The notes under the pieces were generated by a model. That model had not been told where the DNA came from. It did no database searches and saw only the letters and a program-made list of their open reading frames with translations. This document shows positions 59,501-64,000 of a DNA stretch of 64,000 nt, piece after piece. Both the position numbers and the translations under genes were made by a program. Position 1 is the stretch's first letter. The number at the start of each line of letters is the position of its first letter. The DNA is from an uncultured Oscillospiraceae bacterium (lineage in GTDB: Bacteria; Bacillota; Clostridia; Christensenellales; CAG-138): positions 4,779-68,778 of the forward strand of contig CAYYUV010000006.1 in the NCBI GenBank assembly GCA_964474405.1, read 5' to 3'.

Positions 59501-62500
59501 GTCCTTGCAAGCGTCAGCTTCAACACGGTCTCCGCCATTGTTGGCGCTGCAAACGACATCAAAGGTAACGATATCCTCATCCAGTCCGCCTCCAATCGCG
59601 ATGTGCTGAGCATCACGGCAAGCCTCGCACTGGCGGGCGTTGCGGCGGTCGGCGTGTCCGTATCGGTTGTCGTTGCGGGCAACAAGCTGTCGCAGGATGC
59701 GCATGACGGCATCTATGCCGACGACGCGCAGTATATCTACACCGACGCAGATGAGAACACCTACCGCGTGTTCTCCTACACGGATTCAAACGGCAACACC
59801 GTCTATCTGTACGAGAAGTTCGATTCGGATAAAACATACGGTCTGTACACGCTCAACAATGACGGCACCCTGTCCGCCTCCGACTATAAGGGCGACAAGA
59901 CGCCGGTTGTTCAGCAGCCGGTGCAGGACGAATATACCTCCGGCACGGATTATCTGACCTATACCGACGCGCAGGGCGACACCTATTACATGCTTCGGTA
60001 TCGTCCGTTTGGCGCGGAGTTCTCCGTCTATCGTGATGTCAACGGCGAGCTGTATTCTGCGCCCGATGTCGCCAGAGGCGATCTGGTTCTGTCCGCCGTA
60101 CAGTCCGATACCCATCCGGATTATTGGACCTACTCCGATGCGGAAGGCAATCTCTACTATATCTATAAGGGCGTCTATAAGAAGGTTGGCAGTGATTTCT
60201 CCCTGACGCCTGCATATGTTGGCGGCCTCACGGCTGTAACGGACGGAGACGGCAAAGCGGCCGTTGACACTGTGTCCAATACATATCGCATCTATCGGGA
60301 CAACACAACCAATGCGCTCGTCTATGCGCGTCTCGGCTCCGACGAGGCGGAGGATGGCACCTACTGGGCGCTTACGGACGGTGCGATGCAGCAGCTTGCG
60401 GGCGTCGTCAGCACCAATTTGACCGCCGTTATGACCGGCTCCGGCACGATGGATCCGCAATCGCAGGTTACGGGCGCACTGTCCTCCGGAAGCCAAAAAG
60501 CGCTCTTTGACCTCTCGCTTGACGATCTGAACACTCTGCTCGCAGGCGACGGCCAGACGTCCTCCAGTCAGGGCAGCGGCTTTGATTCCTTCGGTCAGGA
60601 TACCAAGGGACAGCTTTATGTCAAAGGAAGCGACGGCAAGTATACTCCGGTTGCAGATGACAAAGCGGACGGTACCTTGCGCTATATGCGCATCGGTGAA
60701 GACTATGTTGCCGTGGGCAAGGTGGACGACAAGCTGTATGTTCTGAAGGACGGCGCCTATCAGGAAGCCGCTTCGGACGATGCGCAGCTTCCGCACTATG
60801 TGCTTTACGGCGGGAACTATATCGCTGTTCCGCTCGCCGGCGTCACGCTTCACAGCGAGGCAGGCGATGACAATATCTCCCAACAGGGCAATGCCGAAAG
60901 CAGCGCAGATTCCGTCTCCACCGGCACGTCCTTCCGTCCCACGCCGAACGGCGCATGGAAGGATGCGACCGCTGCGCGAATCACCGCAGCAAGCGACGCC
61001 TTCCCCTCCGGCAAGTCAACCGTCACCGCCGCGGGCAACCTAAGCGTGCTGGCCGGCGACAGCGTGAATGCAAATATGATCGCGGGTACGATCGCTCTCG
61101 GCATCGGCGCAGCGGGCGTCGGCGTCGGTGTGTCGGTCTCCACCCTGTTCTCCAATGTGACGGCCTCTGTCGATGCCGGCGTCACACTCGCCGCTGACGG
61201 CGATATCACCGTCAAGGCGTCGAGTGGCTCTACTCCCGATTCCATCCGACAGATCGGAAACGGCAAAACGGGCGACACAGCCGTGTCCTCGCAGCCGGTC
61301 AACGACAAGGTTGCCGGCAGCGTGGAGAATACGGATTTAGCTTCCCAGTCTGACAACAGCGGGGAAGAGACCGTGTCCTTCAACGGGCAATCCACCATAC
61401 GTCTGATCTCGGTCACCGGTGCCGGCGGCTTTGTCGGCGTCGGCGTATCCGTTGCATCGTTGCTGGTGTTCTCCAAGGTGGAAGCCACCATGTACGGAAC
61501 CGTTGAACGGGCGGCTAATCTCGCGGTTAATGCAGACATGGACTTTGGTTCCGTGTTGACCGTAACCCTTGCTGCGGGCGGCGGCTTTGTCAGCGTCAAC
61601 GTATCCGCTGGCGTCGCCTACTATGAAGGCATCGTTGTCTGCGGGATCGGCGGAAACGCGCGCATCTCCAATGTATCCGGCAAGATTGATGTAAAGACGA
61701 CAGGTGGCAGCAACACCATCGCGGTTGCCTCCGCCATTGGCGGCGGCGCGGTCGCGGTCAATGCTGGCATGGCCATGGCCATCAGCCGCACCCGGATCGA
61801 CACCTTCATCGGCCGCGGCGTTACGATCGATGCACCCAGCGCCGACATCACCGTATCCACCGACTTTACCTCGGCCGTTTATGGCACGATTCTCAGCATT
61901 ACCGGCGGCGCGGTTGCCGTTGGTGTGTCGCTGGTCATCGCCATCAACATGCCGACCGCCTATACTTATATCGGCCTCACCCCGTGCGATGATGCTTCGG
62001 ATGTGCTGGATGCATCCCGCGGCACCGTGACGGGCGGCGTCCGTGCCCGCAACGTAACCGTAAACAATTCGCTGGGCGGTCGCACCGTGGTCATTGGCGT
62101 GGGCATTGCGGGCGGCGCGGTTGCCGTCAACGGCATCGTGGCGCTTGGCTTCAACTTCATGAAGGGCTATGCGGCCATCAACCAGGTCTCAGTCTCGGCC
62201 AATGCAGACACCGGCACGATTGCTGTCAATGCAAACATGTCCGGCAACACTCGCGTTCTTACGACTGCGCTGACCGGTGGCGCCATTGCCGTCGGTGCAA
62301 CGGTCGCTTTGTCGCTGCTCAAGTCCGACAGCCGCGCCATCATCGACCTGACCGGCGCTTCGCTTCGTGCCAAGACGGTTTCCGTCAACGGCGGTACGTC
62401 CGCCGCGCCGTATGATTCCGAGGCGCTTGTTCTGATGATCACCGGAAGCGCCGGCGCGGTAGCGGTTGCGGTCAACATCGGCGTTGCCCTCAACATGTCT

Positions 62501-64000
62501 GGCAACCGCGCCATCGTGCGCGGAGGGACGGGCGGCACGCTCGATGCCGGCTCGCTGAACATCGCTGCATACGGCAAATCCCGCGCATATGCGGTCGTAT
62601 CCGGCATCAGCGTCGGCGCCATTGCTGCAAACGTCAGCTTTGCCATTTCCTATATTAAGAGCAGTCAGGAAGCCCTGATCATCGATCTTGGCGGCGGGCA
62701 TGCCCGTTATACCCTTGGAGCACTGACGGTCGAATCCCATCAGAATGAGGGCACTGAAACGGGTCTGTCGCGCATTCTGAGCCTCATCTATGACCTTTCG
62801 GATGCACAGAAGAACGAGGAAGGCGCTGTTGAAACCAAAGCGGTTTCGTTTACAAACCTGGCGCAGTCGTTCATCTTCTCCTGCTCCGCGGGTCTCGGCG
62901 TTGTCGCCGTAAATACCGCGCTTGCGATCTCGGATGCGCTCAGCCGGGCCAAAGTGGATGCGGCTGACCTTACCGTCAACGGCGGCTCCATTACGGTCAA
63001 GAATGTCGCCTGCTCCACGGCCAACAGCAGCATCCTGAACCTTTCGGCCGGTTTTGCAGCCATTGGCGTCATGTCCGGCGCGGCGTATGCGGACGGCACG
63101 TTCGAAGCGCTGCTGATGACCAACGGCAACATCAACGTTGACGGCAACATCAGCATTACAAACACCTATACTGGGAGGGCGGTTGCTTCCATCACGCCTG
63201 CCAACGCGGGTCTTGGGCTCAACATCTCGTCCAACCTTGCTATCGCTGTCACACGCACCAGAGCCAACACCGGCATAGACGGAACCGGCAGCATCCGGGC
63301 TGGCCAGGTCACAGTTACCACAACGGGCATCTCAACTGCCAAGGCGGAGACGGTGGTTCCGATATTCGCCGCGCTCGAGGTGTCTTACATCAGCGTCGGT
63401 GCCAACAACGTATCCGCTACGGTCAGCGCGGTACAGGAGACGTTCATTCGCAACATTCTGATGCTGGATGCTGACAGCGTTGCTGTCACCGGTTATTTCA
63501 ACTGGGCCGGCGACAACAACTATGCGTACGGCGCAGAGGCCAAGGTTGGCGGAAACGGCTTTGCCGGCAACGAGATCAAGCTGAAGATGTACGGCGGCAC
63601 TGAGAACATGGCAGTCGCCTACATGTCCGGCATCAGCCGCACCTATACGCAGAACGCGGGGCTGGACGTTGCGGGCTCGCTGTCCGTCAACGGCTATCAT
63701 ACAACCGCCGCAGCTGGCGGTGTTACAAGCGGCAGCTCGGTTTCCTATGTCGCGATCAACATCACCGCAATCTATGCGCATGCGGACGGCACCTTCCATA
63801 CCGGTATTCATACCGGAAAACGCAGCGTCAAGGCAAAGAACATTCAGGTCGCCAACACCTATTATGCCAATGCGAATGCACTCGCTTCGACTGCTTCCGC
63901 CGGTGTTGAGGCCTCCGTGGTTCACGCAGGGATGAATGTCTCTCTGGCAGACGCAAACCCCGTCGTAACCGCGACCATTGCGCGCAACGATCATGACGGC
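47591..64000 (+). CDS. giant secreted repeat protein (adhesin-like, predicted beta-solenoid-rich); 3' end beyond the window, at least 5,470 aa
   Basis: I read no in-frame stop from ATG 47591 to base 64000 (16,410 nt, divisible by 3). No listed + strand ORF in this region occupies this frame. GC3 bias is strong. The N-terminal signal or anchor is MQVYQVNIRRILAVIGAIVLAVALGFLLPTAFTRAETTTP. Composition is Ala/Gly/Thr/Val/Asn/Asp-rich and repetitive. Confidence 0.85.
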   Translation, partial: MQVYQVNIRRILAVIGAIVLAVALGFLLPTAFTRAETTTPVTNPDDVTITEPETAPAGSATVSDHMQDTDSNDATPAVDTIDDASAETFTNKLPVVTVDPETQQTTTTPAKNALEEAIQYALGLADSTSESVTVKVAAGQYTGDITLDVAAAQNVRNSFIINIVAADAVADDGSFNAESAGGVVVNGNLNIDGVNVLLAGLYLALDKVVNVKNADLTLYGTAGADNVSVNLDGNSGADIRTGAGNDTVTLNGTAVTGGTPGSVSVDGGAGDDTVVVNTSLADANGAVSIQGGAGKNRLQLEGALDKTENAPAAISNTTSGDAINSITLRNNSGTPASIVMTLADIQVFTDNLTNKQTRKITSIDADGTASVEGGGTIASFTNYTYDGNIDKLIVNADALVLSNLIVNKKSLTVKELKVGTMNVTLNGINVTLDGKIECSTLTVNASDDDITFTILPGVLDYDVSLFDVVSEATITVTENADILASGAIALLASSVQTKPMLLTGSLNFVAVKVGSALIGIKGKLRADATIMASAVTKVVIDSNTSLLPLVISVAVTDAAVTVDGEAELTAGGGVQLTASNTVTIKVSTSSSSYLPFALGTSVVVVDSHVKVGDDAVIRSGSGSVELYAEGNTTVNTKAGKGTATAGSGGFFAVGVVVQDVSAMVTGQAAIRAAGDVSVKSKSIEKVVTDATTATAAAAGGAANQQNTSASVTASIAKLLKATAAQMMPAVKAKLLGATEKFAGKEYNVTVSATTNGSVTVNAKANAAETVKFTPTPKAGYEVDTYRVTYLPKGQSAYAEVTVANNNDGSYSFVMPSYTVTEDGGEVQAGYDVIITVTFRASSATPSDPSDVGNLFGDENTGDTGEGVNDTLEDGTQGTQEQPVDRATADSTATDARIIAIDTAIQNGALLSAVKKVDAGKEVLITVNPALGYSLTANTLKFTYTRTDTDATGAEKDVTVTDMLVQNANGEYVLTVPAGIKPSSTITLTAAFSQDATPSAAANTQTRRSAVQVVGAFAVSVVINKNNACIDSTGRIDDTGFTVISGGNVLVDAVALTQVTTNADGSPTGTAATAATPAAPGTVTEPLGEATGEMIIVPDSLKVGTLYNGKILYLSNNADTGSMTYAFRITPRDGYKLDTTAMTGGVKLKYQTAAGEAVADLVYHAASDTYTINLTNAGQGGTAIAPTAAADGTRWAVISAAFVPDTRNITTAVQGGTVTVSTEQVNPATSAKVGEVVYLKATPTAPNTADTHELTTLSLTYNNKAGVSVTINIPRILDENGNISFTMPTDVADDSAVAIAGRFGLKGFELKKDSASETKINLSTTRASVGGEVVVTLTDAEIAAGSQIEQLSAVLIDTMGQEVKRWTVTCDSANKTWAFTLPAEAFTDNEGTSYTLADFSGGDSYLSFEAVMSSANIAVNINTMINGTVSAPAKVNDGQKIELIVSPNTGYMLKAGTLKVKTVQRSVEALIVVEKDAATGKYFYSVPLLLDDSDVMNIVVYAEFVPGNAAGTAGQKSFSVGVGVNVSVTKHTNLARIENAVISAIGLSVTAASGSEKEKVESVATAKAGYSSGNIGVGGAIAVHVASAKTKALIYSTASATLQDGGSLTVKATSYERFATEASSVNAPPAAAAGTVPGIGTTPATGTGSSSGAQVGVGAGIAVGVFGVDVVAAIEDNTSILMTDPQTDSLDSVSVEAKHVLSESLSAKAGSAGGISVTPVLSLLISGADVQSYIGKSASSLLRVSGDVSLLADSSITREVAANASAAGGNVGVGGSFVITVPNDSAYARASRSMQARNIRIIAKSKSILKTVSRAGSQGAASRQPNTAATPSASSKTEADAQADSAIQGGAGLGGQVGSNNVSSASIGGLTANRQTAQTSEGNIQIAAAFALNVQSNRSCAFVADGITLTAHGQDTTDSDGNIVKNGLVSIESYARTDASVIANASATKAKIGVGVAVSINVVDYVNEAYVADATIDADHLNVLALVIVDSKAKITRFDSSADDNFIIKYVKSIVTEWINELVEQLGLGDIFNGKNADGTDVPDQYTLAGVIQQLIDDTLEQALDALLAGTGLEKLIAADLPDRLKANFNLFLTNLERDLYGGSPTSDDKIELNQILTALNLSPARLAEVMVALLMDQATARIGGTNTTNSQSMITAITSGLRAEVATKLTAYFNNMVTTLTNDLIDVAAFKNFIKGNLADTLQQKLRTMAQEVGRALTTTLLDNLSYWLDLDEAVDDDSDKNTFVTTAVAGAGASSVGVAGSAAISVVDGTTRAYISDVASQNVYRVYVSGDAIIKAVGGQKEETTATSAVGSNGMADKNLPASANSDVGGGSSAGTTYPEQQFPEKKFVIGATTNGKVTATVSLSNYTIKVTPDDGYQIKSVTLTRDDTGATKDATRGATADGVTTYTASYTTADHLDTAAVITIIALFETRPMELTGSGTADAAAAGKYNLPEVQKDTDQSQITNSYVIKGTDTANGHAAAKYEDRVAVEALPYVNTKTGTCYKVASVTYSYTAGGVAKTNVAVVTTQKNAAGHTEYLFYMPDIDANTTVSVAVTFAKITDEAERQQAVTQANTPTNQSGKTVGVGAAFAFDYSDQTVYAGIGANRYFKSGTLNLRALGKHDAETVSVSGSDPLNTAGTTSDTGKAKDIALDASAAVSVLNNSIIAEVKAGALLITTGTDTLNLNEKVYDNDAEREMNAVYVNCNIAAEEIVETLTQASGFATGNTTAVGAAVAVNIVDSDVIARFLGTGTVGGTAKVYAYSLNEDDSKALATAMGGDVKRYADKFKTGSDTAEQQANKVTNGDYFNNGTPATDNSGNQTGSNVNGGLNGNTGSGGQQANNNNPTSTNVLRSQNAQSESSSTTNDTQNKAADKNNANNDVQQGAAASGTGSQKYQVAAAVGLNITNHKVTALIDGRIAAANLSVYADNSGNFRTLASGAAVSLARQSNSIAAGIAISVNNNKATAYIYNGSEAVATGGNASPADYDGALSVEAELTQNLDGLYKGYVASQAIAGAISGQGQFCVAVALSIVVSHASTAAVIGFLPEGESRATTTLRAGDIVIRATDKSKLAVRAGALSISTGASVGAGASFALVYANNKVKAQIADRAVIYGTSLSVTAEKLRVSLSDYESAFDFSNVVSNSSNLPEGEVGKGMIDIKKGSGEDTSYKVTINMSSDKLLSTIDLLNFLASVNYYAEAIAGSIIEGAQAQNAKASVAGSFAMIFFYNTVDALIGNNVTVSLTKKNAEDTGSMLVHAADDANVRMIAGALSVSPAKAGVGLTLGFLLNEDVTTARVGSDTAIVCDGDFVLAASGAEDILVITIAASIAHGASGVSVGGAITAIAPQNTVQAIMDARATVLAGGSIAVNADLDAFLMLFSASVSAGTGNAAVGGTIAVLVNESSVLGEVNNAVSLRAGGDVTVHAATAERMINGLCSASAALGTGTSVSGTVGILVSLSETKAIVRDDVVIVSHGNTAVEASSASRMIVIEAALSAATGGNAVGAVLTVNVFERTVLAEVGIVSIAADGDVRITALSEELTLLVALSVGASAQTAVSGTVPLIVSLTSARAVISDGTADNHAMLTAGGSIVVAADNEAGLYQIGGGLAAAGSNAVGATVSVLVTKAKIHAIIGSYAVLTAAGNGSGINISLPSSRALRRKGILLSATGHEDIVLVSISAAAAGSNAITGVINTLVAKNEVLAKANTGAKLYAGTAEDADAGTTLVEASVEADASDDASILNLAGSLSAAGNVGVGATVVVLVFGKQVEASLGSAAVVWATGDVLVHARANDQLILLAIAFGAAGTAGVAGGVNVLVFQNSVSASLGGKVDAAGSVSVTASTDSTLHNIAAAVGLGGTAGVTAVAIVTYFYNETLAVVSSGATVNAGGNITVSAVSQELINADAAGAAAGGTAGVGGTMDVIVTKIVTQAYTEDNVRLTAGGDLSITATDHYKLIAVVVTIAGGGTAGVGVTVLASVSFNTVSAIVGAANDIKGNDILIQSASNRDVLSITASLALAGVAAVGVSVSVVVAGNKLSQDAHDGIYADDAQYIYTDADENTYRVFSYTDSNGNTVYLYEKFDSDKTYGLYTLNNDGTLSASDYKGDKTPVVQQPVQDEYTSGTDYLTYTDAQGDTYYMLRYRPFGAEFSVYRDVNGELYSAPDVARGDLVLSAVQSDTHPDYWTYSDAEGNLYYIYKGVYKKVGSDFSLTPAYVGGLTAVTDGDGKAAVDTVSNTYRIYRDNTTNALVYARLGSDEAEDGTYWALTDGAMQQLAGVVSTNLTAVMTGSGTMDPQSQVTGALSSGSQKALFDLSLDDLNTLLAGDGQTSSSQGSGFDSFGQDTKGQLYVKGSDGKYTPVADDKADGTLRYMRIGEDYVAVGKVDDKLYVLKDGAYQEAASDDAQLPHYVLYGGNYIAVPLAGVTLHSEAGDDNISQQGNAESSADSVSTGTSFRPTPNGAWKDATAARITAASDAFPSGKSTVTAAGNLSVLAGDSVNANMIAGTIALGIGAAGVGVGVSVSTLFSNVTASVDAGVTLAADGDITVKASSGSTPDSIRQIGNGKTGDTAVSSQPVNDKVAGSVENTDLASQSDNSGEETVSFNGQSTIRLISVTGAGGFVGVGVSVASLLVFSKVEATMYGTVERAANLAVNADMDFGSVLTVTLAAGGGFVSVNVSAGVAYYEGIVVCGIGGNARISNVSGKIDVKTTGGSNTIAVASAIGGGAVAVNAGMAMAISRTRIDTFIGRGVTIDAPSADITVSTDFTSAVYGTILSITGGAVAVGVSLVIAINMPTAYTYIGLTPCDDASDVLDASRGTVTGGVRARNVTVNNSLGGRTVVIGVGIAGGAVAVNGIVALGFNFMKGYAAINQVSVSANADTGTIAVNANMSGNTRVLTTALTGGAIAVGATVALSLLKSDSRAIIDLTGASLRAKTVSVNGGTSAAPYDSEALVLMITGSAGAVAVAVNIGVALNMSGNRAIVRGGTGGTLDAGSLNIAAYGKSRAYAVVSGISVGAIAANVSFAISYIKSSQEALIIDLGGGHARYTLGALTVESHQNEGTETGLSRILSLIYDLSDAQKNEEGAVETKAVSFTNLAQSFIFSCSAGLGVVAVNTALAISDALSRAKVDAADLTVNGGSITVKNVACSTANSSILNLSAGFAAIGVMSGAAYADGTFEALLMTNGNINVDGNISITNTYTGRAVASITPANAGLGLNISSNLAIAVTRTRANTGIDGTGSIRAGQVTVTTTGISTAKAETVVPIFAALEVSYISVGANNVSATVSAVQETFIRNILMLDADSVAVTGYFNWAGDNNYAYGAEAKVGGNGFAGNEIKLKMYGGTENMAVAYMSGISRTYTQNAGLDVAGSLSVNGYHTTAAAGGVTSGSSVSYVAINITAIYAHADGTFHTGIHTGKRSVKAKNIQVANTYYANANALASTASAGVEASVVHAGMNVSLADANPVVTATIARNDHDG
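53570..54310 (+). other. predicted alpha-helical insert domain (about 247 aa) within the giant ORF
   Basis: Composition switches from Gly/Ala/Val/Thr beta-type repeats to Leu/Glu/Asp/Ile amphipathic sequence, for example IVTEWINELVEQLGL...VIQQLIDDTLEQALDALLAGTGLEKLIAADL...FKNFIKGNLADTLQQKLRTMAQEVGRAL. Confidence 0.55.
55950..56275 (+). repeat. Asn/Gln/Gly/Thr-rich low-complexity segment within the giant ORF
   Basis: Translation reads ...NGDYFNNGTPATDNSGNQTGSNVNGGLNGNTGSGGQQANNNNPTSTNVLRSQNAQSESSSTTNDTQNKAADKNNANNDVQQG... Confidence 0.6.
57413..59700 (+). repeat. tandem array of about 14 degenerate 52-60-aa repeats inside the giant ORF
   Basis: The core motif G-x-x-x-V-G-x-x-V-x-V-L-V-x(4)-V-x-A-x-[IVL] recurs at about 57413, 57581, 57749, 57920, 58082, 58241, 58418, 58634, 58835, 58997, 59153, 59315, 59477 and 59636. 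Confidence 0.75.
59690..60990 (+). other. Tyr/Asp/Gly-rich hairpin-repeat-like insert (about 430 aa) within the giant ORF
   Basis: Recurrent Y-[TS]-D-x-x-G-[ND]-x-x-Y-type units: YTDSNGNTVYLY, YTDAQGDTYYMLRY, YSDAEGNLYYIYKG, KGQLYVKGSDGKYT, DKLYVLKDGAYQ. Confidence 0.55.

Noticed and set aside
48905-60883. Long minus-strand ORFs inside the giant-gene region: 48905..50485 (526 aa), 52457..53527, 53588..55030 (480 aa), 56834..57859, 57962..58594, 59786..60883, and the shorter ones.
   Set aside because: They are antisense to an uninterrupted + strand frame with strong GC3 bias. Their translations are Arg/Gly/Asp/Ala-rich with no recognisable motifs. Antisense stops arise only from rare sense codons (TTA, CTA, TCA), so long shadow ORFs are expected in such DNA.
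1-64000. Scan for CRISPR arrays, tRNA or rRNA genes, transposases, integrases, phage genes or classic defence-system genes.
   Set aside because: I saw no regularly spaced identical direct repeats, no cloverleaf-like intergenic sequences and no recombinase-like translations. Intergenic regions are short and are accounted for by promoters and terminators.

Overview
High-GC (about 60%), strongly GC3-biased Firmicutes/Clostridia-like chromosomal DNA (Oscillospiraceae/Ruminococcaceae-like is a low-confidence guess). I saw no rRNA, tRNA, CRISPR array, transposase or integrase. Gene content in order: (1) 1-15.0 kb, a catabolic island with a class V aminotransferase (5' truncated), a sugar-type ABC importer that includes a fused permease-ATPase, an acetoin/pyruvate-dehydrogenase-type E1a/E1b/E2/E3 complex, a beta-hydroxyacid dehydrogenase, an FGGY kinase and an MlrC/M81-like peptidase. 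(2) 15-21 kb, housekeeping genes: PrsA-like PPIase, HAD hydrolase, cysK behind a structured terminator-containing leader, DegV, and an alpha/beta hydrolase. (3) 21-34 kb, an envelope-modification island with two MBOAT (AlgI/DltB-like) O-acyltransferases and three DHHW (AlgJ/AlgX-like) proteins, plus a DUF4358-like lipoprotein and a membrane-anchored RCC1 propeller protein; a MacB/FtsX-type ABC module lies between the two MBOAT units on the opposite strand. (4) 34-40.5 kb, aconitase, NADP-IDH and citDEF. (5) 40.6-43.5 kb, two small membrane proteins plus an M20 peptidase. (6) 43.5-64 kb, a MalT/LAL-type LuxR regulator, a membrane-anchored TPR protein and one giant ORF. This ORF (47591 to the window edge, at least 5,470 codons) is absent from the supplied ORF track because it has no stop inside the window. 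It encodes a secreted, highly repetitive adhesin-like protein with several unusual inserted domains. The long ORFs listed opposite to the coding strand across the window look like GC3-driven shadow ORFs. All product calls come from reading translations by eye, and no database search was run.
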